Made by a program: the position numbers and the translations under genes
Source: Dicyema japonicum
Taxonomy: Eukaryota > Animalia > Dicyemida
Assembly: GCA_011109175.1 (NCBI GenBank)
Contig: RDEW01000050.1
Span: 274,694-338,693 of the forward strand
Direction: 5' to 3'
DNA length: 64,000 nucleotides
In this document: piece by piece, positions 25,400 through 37,439 of the stretch
Layout of the letters: every line of letters begins with the position of its first letter
Numbering within the stretch: the first letter of the stretch is position 1
The notes under the pieces: model-generated
What the model saw: only the letters and a program-made list of their open reading frames with translations
Told to the model about the DNA's origin: nothing
The model's database searches: none

Positions 25400-27780
25400 T
25401 CGACCAACTCCTTTCACCTTTTTACGAGAATTTCCGTGAATACTAAAAATAATTGAGGGGCTTTAAAGAACGTCGATCTCTAACTTTTTTATAGTGACTG
25501 AATGATACAATAAGATTTATTCTTAAGATACCAAACAACAAACGTGTTAGGGACGATGATCTTAATTTATAATAGTTTCCGAATTCTTCTCGAATGATCC
25601 ATTGGAGATTTTACTGTTTATCTGAAAATGCATCCACAAATGTCTCCAAAGGGACTCAATCTGAGTATCCTTCTTCAGTGCTGATTTGGATTCCTCTGAG
25701 TGAATTATCTTGTTTCCAAATGGATTTCCTGTTTTTTCAGTAATGCTAAAGAACATGGGGAGTTTTTTGTTGATTTTTCTGAAAGGAGGGTGGCGAGGAA
25801 TGGACTCTTCGGCAAAGAATGATCATAACCCTATTCTGCTAAAAATCAAAATCGAAATTACCAGTGGAAAGAAGAAACCTGCATATACAATCTTGCAAAT
25901 AGGCAATTATTCCGATCAGTTACTGACCAACATTTGGCTAACATACAGCTGGAAAACTTTACTTCCCTTGATATAGTGGTTGCCTACTTCAACAAAGTCA
26001 TCCTGGAAGCAAGAACAATGGCTGTCCCTAAAAGATATGTCGTTTACACGAGAGAGTACGGAAGGCTCTGGTCAAGGAACGAAACCGTCTCAAAAAAGCA
26101 AGGATCCGTCTAAAAGTGCTGAACGAGGAAATAAAATCCAATGAATTCAAAATACAGAGAGCTAAATGGAAGATTGTCCTTACGTCATTAAATCGTAACC
26201 GGTCAACATCCGAAGTCTGGAAGACAATTCGAAATAACTCGAAGGTGGATGAGAGGACACCCGGAAATGACGAATTCAGCCAAAAGGACCTAAACGCCCT
26301 AATAAAATACTACGCGAAAATCTCTCACAAAAACCACATGAGGACTGACCCACACAAACCGCCGCTAAGAAACCCGAAAAGGGATCAATTAACTTATTTC
26401 ACGGAAACGGAAATAATGGCATCTCTAAGACAAACAAAAGAAACACATTCTCATGGTCCAGACGGAATTCCCATAATCCTCCTGAAGAACCTAGGCAATG
26501 AGGGAATCGGTACCCTGACCAAGATCTACAACTGTCGATTAATTATTACTCAATCCCAACGATATGGAAACTTGCAAACATTCGCCCAATATTGAAGCCA
26601 TGAAAACCGAAAGAAGACCCAGCTTCCTTCAGGCTTATTTCTCTCTTATGTTCCATGTCAAAAATTCTGGAAAAGCTTATCCTCGCAAAAATCACTGAAA
26701 GGACTCCCGATAAACCGTTCCAGCATGGTTTCAAAAAGGATCGGTCCACAACGAGCTTCTTCACAACCCTGACTAGCTTTATTTTCTACGGATTTCTGTG
26801 CAAGCCAAAACACCAGAAAACTGTGTGTGCTCACTGGACGTCCACAAAGTGTCGACTCTGTGCCGAGGAAGAACCTAACATGGAAAATCTACCAATCAGA
26901 TATCCCTGAAAACCTCAAACGCTGGCTGATGAACTTCCTTAGCGGACAAAGAGGTAGAGTGTGCATTGAAACATTCATTCTGTCTCCCGTTTATTCCCAA
27001 ATGGAGTACCCCAGGGCTTGCCGCTATCACCATTACTATTCAACCTATTTACGGCTGACATTCCGACGCCGAATGGAGAAGACGACCTGCTTATGGCTTA
27101 TGAAGACGATATCGTCTTAGCCTCACGGGATCAGAACACTCAAACAGCGACGGAAAGAATACAACACCACATGGATCGACTACTCGAGTGGTTTAATGAA
27201 AATCGGATGTCAATCAATACCGAAAAATCAATTACAACTCTCTCGGACAAAAGATTGTCGAACAGGACAATAAAAGTTACTGCACAGGGAAGAGAATTGC
27301 CGTTCAGCAAATGGCAAAAAATATTGGGTTTTACTTTTCGTGACATGTAACGTGTTGAACAAATGTGAGAAGAAAATCAACCTTCTGAAATGCCTAACAG
27401 GTCTAAGGAAAATTGGATATCAGCTTATACTTAAAACTTCTACTCACAGTACATCGAACCATGCATTCCATATGCGTGTATTTTATGGGGACCACTGGCC
27501 TCTTATACAAACATCCATAAAATCTCCGCAACCCAGAAATAGGCTTTCAAACTAACGGAGAGATGGTACACAGAGGAAATCATTAAATCACCAACGCCCA
27601 TGGAGAAACTTATCAAAAAAAAACAAAAATGGACACCAATGCGAAAAAGGAAGTGCTCACCCGCAACGAACTTGTGTAGGCTCAAGGGATCAACATCGAG
27701 CAAAGATGAGAGCCTTCGTCGGGATCACTTAGTTTAGTTTTTTTGGTTTAACAGTGGTCTTTGGAATTAATTTTAATTTA
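25400..27780 (+). mobile_element. Jockey/I-like LINE ORF2, degraded, 3' end intact
   Basis: NDHNPI endonuclease end; SHGPDGIP, SFRLISLLCSMSKILEKLI, QHGFKK, PLSPLLFNLF, MAYEDDI RT motifs; 3' UTR matches 10965-11060(-). Confidence 0.8.
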
Positions 27781-30608
27781 ATGCGAGAGGACTAACATCA
27801 TACGTAAAAAGACAACACTTATTTGCGGACCTCCAACGATATAGAATATCTGTATGCTGTCTCCAGGAAACTAAAGTCCCCAATAGCCTGGATGAAACAA
27901 TGAACGGGTATCGACTTCTCCTGTTGCCGTCAGATTGCCGACATTATGGTATGGTGTTCGCTATACGCGTGGACGTAACTGTGGTGACTCATAGAGCATG
28001 GAGTATCAACGACAGGATTGCCATCCTCTAACTACGCCTCGGAAACAACCGTAATACTACTCTATCGATTATCAAATTATATGCACCCACCACAGTGAGG
28101 GTAACCGCCAACGCAGAAGAACTTGACAATTTCTACTCGTCCTTATCATCGGCTTACTCCTTCCTGTCAAACTCCTACATGATCTTTATAGCAGGAGACT
28201 GGAATTCAAAAGTGGAGAAAAAGCGGGACAAATCAAATTGCTTGGGCAGCCACGTTCGAGGGATCAGAAATCTGTCCGGGGAGGCCATTATACACTTTTG
28301 CGAGTCATTTGGACTATTCCTTTGTAACACGGCGTTCGACATGCATTACAACATATTACGACGTGGACATGGCAGAGGAGAGACTCCTGTGGAAATCGAG
28401 TCATATATTTAACCAAATCAACTACATGCTATGAAGGCAAATACAGAAGAGGCTACTCACGGACTCCCGTACGTACAGTGGTATAATGACCTCCGGTGAT
28501 CACAGACTACTAGTGACACGTCTCATTCTAAAGTGACGCATTGGAATCTCTGGAGCACTGACAGCATGTATACGGAGCTATGTGCTTCCGACAATACCCG
28601 TAAAAAATACGGCGAGAAAATATCGAAACTGTTGGAAAATGTCGACACGAATATGTTATCCGGGGTGATGTGGAAGAATATTTCTATCAGAGTCTGGTAG
28701 GCTGCTGGGATGGTACTGGGAAATCGCTCAAAGAGGTTGAAGGGAACTTTTGACAAAGAGAGAACTGTAAAAAAACCAAAGGACCTCCGACTATTAATCT
28801 AGTCGTCAGACTCGACAAGCCTCACTGACTCTCTTAAAAGAGAATGTAACAGAATCAAATACAAAATGAAGAGAAGAGTAAGGGAAGTAGCCCGGCATAC
28901 ACTGGATAACTTGGCAAAATGTACAAACATGGTGCAAGAATGTTTTCTGTGGTTAAACAATTATCCCGCAATACCAGAGCGGAAAGAATCCTAGTTCTTG
29001 ATGATACAGGAAAAGTAATAATCAACGGCCAGGAATCAGCAAATAAATTTGCCGCTTTATTAAAAAAACGACTAAATGTCAATGAACATTGAAACCGTTC
29101 GAAGGAATTCCCAGAGACTTGAATCAAAGTATCACGCATTACAAGTCGTTTCAGCCTTGGGTAAGCTCAAGAATGGCAGGGCCCCTGGACCGGACAACGT
29201 GAATGCAGAATTATTGAAATACGTGCCAGACAGGGTGGCTGAGTTAATCTGCATAGTGCTGATAGGAACGTTCAAATGACACAGTCCATTGAATGGAACC
29301 TTTGTCCCAATTCAGAAAACTGGAAAGGAAAGAGGCAATCTAAACAGTCTACGTCGATTACACTAATGAATAAGGAAAATACTCTCCCTTCTTGTGCTGG
29401 ATCGTATTTCAGGCCCTGTAAATGAGTTCCTGAACCCAAATCAAAGTGGATTCGAACCTGGAAGGTCGACGGGAGTTGTATGGAGCCACAGGTGAATGTG
29501 TGCAATGTGCCAGAAACACAAAAAAGAAATCTCAATCCTTGGAATTGACTTATTCCGTGCTTTCGACACTATCAACCGCAAGAAGCTAATGCACGTACTG
29601 GAGAATATTCTAGACGAGGATGCATCACGTATGATCAGATTTTTACTCTCCAACACATCGCTATCAGTGCACGTGGGAAACAAGAGTTAAAACCGACCCC
29701 AGCGCACCACATGGAGACTCGTTATTCCCGGTCCTATTCATAATATACCTGGAGGCAGCTCTAAGACCTCTCCAGAAAAAGAATCGTTTCACTAACCTGA
29801 TAGAAGTAATCTACGCCGATGATATTGATTTCGTCTGCCGGGATAGGGATACGCTGGAAACTATACTAAAAGTGATCCTTCAAGGATTGGAAGACTGGTC
29901 CCTGGTAGTAAACCCAGACAAAACGGAAAGAACTAGCATATTCCGTTGCACGAAGAGAAACGAGGAAAAGTGGAGAACATGCAAAAAAAGTTGGATCTCT
30001 CATCGGGGACTCGGAGGAAGTCATTCACAGAAAAGTTCTGGCGGTTGCTTCTTTCAAAAAATTGTGGGGGATCTGGATGCAACGAAAGTACATAGGCACT
30101 CGCCTTCGAATTCGGTTGTACAACTCTTTTATTGAACCAATTCTACTTTATAACGCGGGGACCTGGGGCCTAACCACCAAAGAACTAGAAAACCTCAACT
30201 TTTTCCACAGAAAATAACTGCGACTTCTGGGAGTCTACTGGCCAAACCGGATAACCAACAACGAGTTATATAGAATTACTCAAACAACAAAGATTGGGAA
30301 TAAAGTTACTTCTGCGAAATGGCAGCTCTTTGGACATATCCTAAGAGCTTCGGAAATGGCACCGGCCAATCAGGCCATGGAATCATACTTTTCTGTATTA
30401 AACAAAACAACGTATCGAGGTCGACAAAGAACTCACTTTGATAGGAAGAAGACGGAAAACAGCAGAGGATCTGGATGATCTGAGAGCGGATGCGAGAAAC
30501 AGGGGAGGATGGAAACGACTCACAGCGCGTGTCCAGAGATGCATGGCGAAAGTGGAATCTAAAATTAGTTAACTTTTTGATTCCGCGGACATTGTTATTA
30601 TTATTATT
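27781..30608 (+). mobile_element. RTE-clade LINE, near full length, degraded, (TTA)n tail
   Basis: ARG..CCLQETK, IKLYAPT, AGDWNSK, RAPGPD, GIDLFRAFD, IYADDIDF, WQLFGHILR, RGRQRT; ttattattattatt at 30593-30606. Confidence 0.85.
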
Positions 30609-30639
30609 AAAAACCAAAAATCACCGAGAAATTAAATAA

Positions 30640-31870
30640 CTACATACCCGTCAGGTGATTCCGGCCGCCTCGAATAGCCATCTCATTTTTTCTCGATGTT
30701 CCTCCCGAGTTCCAACGCTTTTCCGGATTGGGCGTGGGTTTCTAACTTTTTGGGAGGTAGTAAGGTTCCGGTTTTCCTCAGTAATTCCTTAAATGGTGTA
30801 GGGTTTAGTGGTGTCTGTGAAAACCTTTGCAGAGCCTTACTAGCCATTTTTTGGAATGTATTATTTTTTTCCATATTCGTGTTTGATAGTTTGGTTCTCA
30901 ATGCAGCAAACCCGTAAGTTAGAGACGGTTGAATATACTGCACGTAGAGCGAGTCCAAATTTGAGTTGAAACACCCATTATAGTCTCCAAGGAGTGGTTT
31001 AACAAAATTTAGCTTTCGTTGTGCCGAGGAGATGACGTGTTTGCTGAAGGTCAAGAATGGGTCGTATGTTATGCCCAGTATCTTGACCGAGTTGGTCGTG
31101 GGGATTGAGTTTCCATTTATGGTTACACATGGAGCGGAGTTTGTCAATCTTCTGTTTGTTGTGAAAATTGTTGTATAAGACTTTTCGGGACTTGTATGTA
31201 GAATGGTCTTAACGAGCCAACAGTTCAGACCATCCAATAAAGCTTGTAGACGGTATACAGCAGTATGAACGCATTGGTCTTTGGCTGCGACGATTATATC
31301 ATCCGCATATGTCAGAACCAGAGTATCGTCATTGGTAAGGGAGGGGACATCATTTAGGAATAGGTTGAACAGGCGTGGTGACAGTGGAGATCCTTGAGGA
31401 ACCCTATTTGGAAGGAACTTGGTCACTGACCTAGTTTTTCCAGCAGTCACTCTTCCTCTTCTTCCATTTAGGAAATTAGCAATCCAGATTTTCAGGTTGT
31501 TTGGGATTTATTTAACAGCTTCTTGGGTCAGTGTCGAAAGCTTTCTCTACATCGATATCAATGACTTCTGATGAGGTTTGGGTTTAGGCCATCCTTGATG
31601 AAAGTTATAAAACATGTAAGATGCGTTTCTGTGGAGTGCCCTTTTCTGAATCCGCGTTGAAAAGGTGCATCAGGAAGGTATGGTTTGATTAGTTCAAGAA
31701 TCAGCTTTTCCAAAATTTTTGATGTAACACATAGGAGAGAGATTGGTTTGTATGAGGCTGGTGAGCCCTTTGGTCGTCCGGGTTTCAGAATTGGTCGTAT
31801 GTTTGATAGCTTCCATATGGAAGGAATACGATTTTCGTTGATTGAAAAGTTGATGAGGGCCATGATAATA
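30640..31870 (-). mobile_element. Jockey/I-like LINE RT fragment
   Basis: ORFs 31558-31863 (WKLSNIRPILKPG..SYKPISLL..QRGFRKGHST) and 30683-31450 (VPQGSPLSPRLFNLF, YADDI, VKILGITYD, YIQPSLTYG). Confidence 0.8.
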
Positions 31871-31899
31871 ATAAATTAAAATAGAAACAAATCACTTAT

Positions 31900-33140
31900 T
31901 AGTTACTCTTTGACCTTCTTCCTCATAAGAGGGTCTCTGTTCCTTCTCTCAGTCTTCGAGCGAATACGCACGTGCTTAGGATGAATATCACAGGAGACAC
32001 AGTATCTAATAGGATGTGCAAGACTGAGAAGAAGGTTAGTAATACCCTGAGATGACATAGGTCCATAAGTTAGATTACGGACAACATTCTTCTTATAGCT
32101 TTATCCTTTGGTACAACATTACAGAAATTAGTACATCGAACAAAATGTACTCTGCCTCATTGGAATTTGAATTCCCGGAACTTGTACTTCTATCTTTACC
32201 TCTGAATTCTAAATACAACAAATCCTTAGTGGAAAATGCAGATTTCACGATTTTCATTGAAACTATCCGCAATCGAGGAGACTTCAATAAGGTTAATTGG
32301 ATCAGAACACAAAATCCAGTCCATTAAAAATTTCTTAATCGAATTACAACAGAAACTCGGCTAGTTTACCAAGCTGCCCTCTGTTCCATACACTATCGAA
32401 ATATCTACAATCATGCAGGAATTTTGAGCCGATGCCATGTCCAATGAAAAGAGCTGTACAGGATTCTCGACCCCGCCGAACTCGTCTTCTCCCTTGTCGG
32501 TCTAGGATCACTTAGTTAGTTGAGAACTTTTACTTCTTTCTCTTTGACCCAGTGATCCTGGGGGCAATAATAAAATAATAGATTGAACCATGTATATCTT
32601 ATGCATATGGCATCTGAGGTCCATCATTTCTTTTTTCTTTCGTATTTTAGCATATTCCATAGAATTACATCCCTCGTCAATTAGGAGGCCAAGGTATTTT
32701 TCATTTACTCTGCCTGACTGTTCTGTCTTTATCACGATTTCGCCTTTTGGTCGTCTACTATTGATATTAAGTACAACCATCAGAAAAAGTCACCACGTTG
32801 TATCAAAATATTTTAAATTAAATTAATTAAGACTAAAATAGAATTTGAATGTCCTGAACTTGTACTATCCTCACTTCTGAATTCTATATACAACCAATAG
32901 ATTGAACCATATAGTTCTTATGCATGTGGCATCTGAAGTCCATTCATTTTTGTACAAATGTTTTGAAAATCGAGGTTAGTCGAAAAAGAGCCTCCAAAAT
33001 TATGGAAAGATCGACTTCTAGAGAATCTGATCCTCCAAAGCCTCTAAATGCATAAACCGTAGAACATATTGTGATTACGAATATCCAGTCATTCGGCCAA
33101 TACTTGCTTGTGTGGGGTCGAGGGAGGAGCATGGGTTTGT
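31900..33140. mobile_element. Mixed degenerate LINE remnants
   Basis: EKYLGLLID (ORF 32508-32780, minus); about 48-bp internal duplicate at 32579 and 32899; plus-strand LACVGSREEH tip at 33080-33135. Confidence 0.35.
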
Positions 33141-33482
33141 CTTATAACGAATTTCCAAATTTTCTCTTAGACGTGTTTATTCGATTTTCTCGCTATTTTA
33201 AAATGAGGAGTAATTATGTCTATAAAGAACACCATTGAACAGTGACATGATGTGACTACGTCGTCAGCTCCACAGATTTCGCCCAGATTAAGCGATAGCT
33301 TGTAGAACATTGCATATCAGCACGAGGACTTGCAGCCAATCAATGATCACACTAGATAATCACGGCCTAAAAGTAAAGAATCATAAGATATAAAGTTCAT
33401 TTTTGGGCTTAGGACAAGCCACGTGAGTGAATTAAAGCTCAAACTCCAAAATCATTCATAACAGTTATTATATTAAAACAAT

Positions 33483-34023
33483 TTACAAATCTACAACGAC
33501 ACCCTCAATTGAAGGAATGCGGTTCACAACAGAGACTTTCACAATTTTAACATTAAGAAAGCTCCCCACGTTCATTTTGAACTCCGAGTCCCAATGTGCA
33601 TAACCCATGAAGATTCCGTGAATTATAAAATTAACAAAATCCCCCTCAAAGTTCGTAACGACCGATTTTACGACTGCGTCCTTCCTTGGCTATTTGTGAG
33701 GAAACGAAGAGACCGTAAAAACGATGGACTCAATGGAAATCTTTACGTTGAAAAAACCATCGTCCTCGATTATCCGCAGTTCCGGTGTATGTGAACTTGT
33801 TGTAGGACAGGAAGACGTATTTGTAACTGAATATACAAGAAATCAAACCAATCATTGTAAAATCCAATACTGTTATCCAAGTACTCCTTGATTCCACTGG
33901 AAATGTCGCATGTGTACTTTGGATGAATTCGTAAAGTCTTTTCTAGCGTGGTTTGAGACAGTAAGAGGTCGATTCCTTTGATTTCCTCAGTAACGACGAG
34001 TATGAGAAATCAAAAATTTCCAT
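33483..34023 (-). CDS. RPA43: RNA polymerase I subunit RPA43 (POLR1F/TWISTNB)-like; two micro-introns and two apparent 1-nt frameshifts
   Basis: Spliced translation ..TLEKTLRIHPKY..SGIKEYLDNSIGFYNDCYKYVFLSYNKFT..ELRIIEDDGFFNVKISIESIVFTPRKDAVVKSVV..FIIHGIFMG..LNVKIVKVSVVNRIPSIEGVVVDL* resembles the RPA43/Rpb7-like fold (HPRY..GIREQL..Y..V..AY..I.DD.G..V.F.P..GC.VHG.F); introns 33827-33848 (22 nt) and 33690-33713 (24 nt). Confidence 0.62.
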
Positions 34024-34519
34024 TATAAACGTGTTGAATTTATTATTTAGTAAATTTAAAAAATTATAATTTAAAACATTTAATCTTGAAAACAACAATT
34101 TATAATTTTAAATTTTTTATTAATTTTGTCCTTCCATAGTTTTCCTTACTAACTGTCATAGAAGCATTCTTATGTCAAAATATGGGTTCTTAGTGGTTTA
34201 GCAACTTATAACGGTTTGTTTGGACTCCAGAACCTCTTTTGTACCCTTATCAAGACTGGCGAAGTGTCCAGGCCAAAGAGGCAGGACTGTTAAAATAGCC
34301 TTCTAATATAAATCCTAATTTCAGGTTTAATCAAATTGATGTTGTTTTAAAGTCAACTTGTCTCGCCCAAATTGGGACTTCTTTAGGAATCTGGCTGTCC
34401 GAATTGATTAAAGAAGTGCATGAGAGAAACCTGAGCTAAGTCTTAATATTGGTAGAAAAAGTCATGTTAACTATATAACATAAATTATTTTTGAAAATAT
34501 GAATTAACACCGACACGCC

Positions 34520-34900
34520 TGTATTATCGCTGGGGATCTAAAGAAAGCAGTACATGGATTGACGCCTACCCGATTAGAAACATTGCATGCATCTGAACGA
34601 TGAACAGTGCTCATCGTTATCTCTATCCGCCTGGGGTTGAGAATATGCAAGGATCACCATTGTGGATACTTACAGACATCACGCCTTCTCCTACCGAAGA
34701 AGTGCAGGGAGATTTCCACAGCATAATAACTTGAATGATGTCGTGAACTCATACTGGAGCCCGCTGGTTGGGCAGGGAAGAAGGAAAATAACCGGATGGA
34801 GTAACAATATTTCAGTTCGTGGAGGGAAAACAGTTAATTTAGGATGCAACATGTGTCGATTCCCTTCCCCCACCAATATGTGTTAAAGGCAAAAAGATCT
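34520..34900 (+). mobile_element. Degenerate CRE-like 3' fragment
   Basis: HHAFSYRRSAGRFPQHNNLNDVV..EPAG..WDATCVDS. Confidence 0.65.
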
Positions 34901-34917
34901 AAGGAAAAGATTATAGA

Positions 34918-35365
34918 GCAGGCATGTCATCTCAAAAAGCTCAAGGGGACGCGTAAGATAATTTGAATATACAAGCGGGGCGTACTAAAAATCAAAAAAC
35001 ACCGTAATCTAATTGTAGTGTATTTAATAATTACAAGGCTATATTACGATAAATCGTCATTTTCACTCTTTGTTTTGTCGAATCTCTTTCACTGTAAGAT
35101 TTGCGACCCATGCCGATCATTCGAGTGTATTCATTGCTTGCAGTAACAGAAGCGACATTGGCTTGCTCTATTTTCGTAAAACATGCCTGTTGTTGTGTCA
35201 ACTTAGCCTTTAATTTTTTGAGTCTTGAAACAAACTTTTGGCACTCATATTTATCTCAAATTGTTGGTTAGTTTCATAATGTCTTTTTAAGTTGTACTAT
35301 TTTTTTATCGTTAATTTTTTTAATTAAAAATGATAGAGACAAAACATTAGTTAGTTGCCGCCCTC
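34918..35365 (-). mobile_element. hAT (Buster/SPIN/GTF2IRD2-type) transposase remnant
   Basis: Minus strand YNLKRHYET (cf. the EYNLRRHYETKH BED-finger motif), then KKLKAKLTQQQACFTK..ASVTASN..RKSYSE; CAGGCATGTC terminus-like sequence at about 34918. Confidence 0.7.
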
Positions 35366-35370
35366 ACTGC

Positions 35371-35692
35371 GTGGCTGTTCCCTCTCAGAATTGCAAGCGA
35401 AATTCGCTCAAACAGCCAGGTCATTCGGAGAGGGTGGATGCTTCTCCAGTAGAATCTTGTAAGTATCAGCGGTTGGATTGCGTGGTCCGCCTGAAAGTGA
35501 AAGGGCCTTCAATGCGGATCGGGTTCCTCCTTCAAGCAACTTCGATCGTACAGTCTTTCTTAGGCGAAAAATCTCCGTTTCCCGAGTTGAACTCCGAGTC
35601 TCAGTTGAACAATGCAAAAGGACGGGAGGTCAAGTGTACTCTTTCGGTGAGCTGTCATTGCAAACTAAACAATGTATTATTGCATTACCCAT
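35371..35692 (-). mobile_element. CRE-like N-terminal fragment, internally deleted
   Basis: MGNAIIHCLVCNDSSPKEY start, then VRSKLLEGGTRSALKALS..ADTYKILLEKHPPSP, the pre-RT motif also seen at 38060-38200. Confidence 0.6.
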
Positions 35693-36049
35693 TGCACAAA
35701 ACTACTGTAGTTCACATTTTTCTTGAAATACCTGTCTTTCAAGTTTCCTTTTCTTCTTAGCATTTTAAATGGAGTCAGTTTGCGAGTGCTTTATAAAGAC
35801 AATATAATAACTGGATTCCACACGATACAATTTATTATCGTTTTAATTTTTGCTAAAATTGCAAGTATCGCCAATAAATGAAACAAGTTCAGTATCATGT
35901 TAGCGGACGTAAGCGTGCGGTTTCCGCCAAACAGGTGGACGCACCTAGTAGGACAGTATCGTTGTTCTGGGAACGTTCATATATAAGGGCAAGCGAAAAT
36001 TGTAAGCGTATTAATTGAAGAGTCCCATAGGGATCTATTTTGATCTCTC

Positions 36050-36600
36050 TATTATTTAACGTTCTGATTGCCGGTTTCCAGTCTCCGAGGTCACAAGTAC
36101 GAGATCTCTTATATTCGTAGACGATATTCTACTGTTTGATGTGTCAAAATATAGAATGACCTCGGATAGGAGACTCAATGTATATATGGAAGAGATAAGA
36201 GACTGGTGTGGTCTCCAAGGATTAAAGTTGTCTGAAGAAAAATATAATGCAATTATGTTTTCGGTCGAAAACATCAGCAAAGCTCCCTATATGGAATCGA
36301 AATCCCTGAGGTATCTCGGAACAGTTTTTTTAGAAAATTATGAAATTAAAACAAAAAACAAGGATGTTATTATTTATTTTTCACATACAATCATTCCATC
36401 GCTCCTCCATGGGCTTGAAGGATAGTATTACACTGCATACAAGGAGCGTTTTCTCTTTCTTCTGAGAAGAGATGCTATTCTTGACTCTTATGTCGCAGCA
36501 CGGAATGAACCGTAAAAGGGGTCTGAGATCGCAGAGGAGAGTCAAAGCTATGGCAGTACTTGTGGTAAGAAGCATCAAAATAATGTTCTCTTAACTTTCT
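36050..36600 (+). mobile_element. CR1/L2-group LINE remnant
   Basis: IRDWCGLQGLKLSEEK..SLRYLGTVF; 36381-36550 is homologous to 47961-48260. Confidence 0.45.
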
Positions 36601-36849
36601 TTTGTTAATACAGTTTGTTAAAGTTAGGCATAGAACGCTCATAACCGCGGCCTGTCAATTTGATGCCAATGACAGAAATCCACGGCTTTTCTCGGATAAT
36701 GAGTGGCAATAAACCAAACTAATTATTAGGGGCAATATTGCCTCAATCAACAAAAATAAAAAAATTGCTTTTTGATTAAAAATAAAGTTAATTTTTGTTT
36801 TTAAAAAAAACATAATTTTTTATTTATTACTGTCCTCCTCTTGTTTCAT

Positions 36850-37250
36850 ATAGAAACATTATCGAGTATGCCTGTGCTGCATGGATTGCCCCGCTATAAC
36901 TATCGGCACAGACCAAGCTGGAATTGTTACAAAACGGATGTCTCAGAATTTTATTGAAATCGTCGAAAAAGATTCATTTCGTTACTACAAAACTAAACGT
37001 CCCCCAATCATGGAATACCTTACGGAACGCATCGAACTTTTTCGAGATGGCAAAGTCCCCTGATCACCCCCTCAGGCCGGACATTACACTATATCTGGAC
37101 GCCTGCCGAGAAGAAACCTTCCCCATTGAGGAGATTAATCCAGGACTCCTTAACTAACTGCAGAAAAAGGACTGGTATGGAGACATGGATCACTTAATTA
37201 GAAGATAACTCTTATCCTCTTTCTCGTGATTTCGGAGTTAATAATTTAAA
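36850..37250 (+). mobile_element. Jockey/I-like LINE 3' end
   Basis: IEYACAAW..KLELLQNGCLRI..DHPLRP..EEINPGLLN*; 3' UTR shared with 10270-10410. Confidence 0.65.
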
Positions 37251-37439
37251 TATGGAGACACAAAGAACTATTTGACTATTTTAATGAGTGGTGTCTTAAT
37301 ATTTGTTCTTAAATATATTTTCCCGTTATCACTTAGAACTAAGAATCTTCGCATTTGTTTCTATAAAACCTATAAAATGAGATAATTTTGAATATTTTCG
37401 AATGCATTTTTATGAGCTTTGAGGATCAACTGTCTAAAA

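Noticed and set aside
34140-34450. Possible gene divergent from RPA43 (FNQIDVVLKSTCLAQIGTSLGIWLSELIK..)
   Set aside because: No consistent start/intron model and no recognisable family
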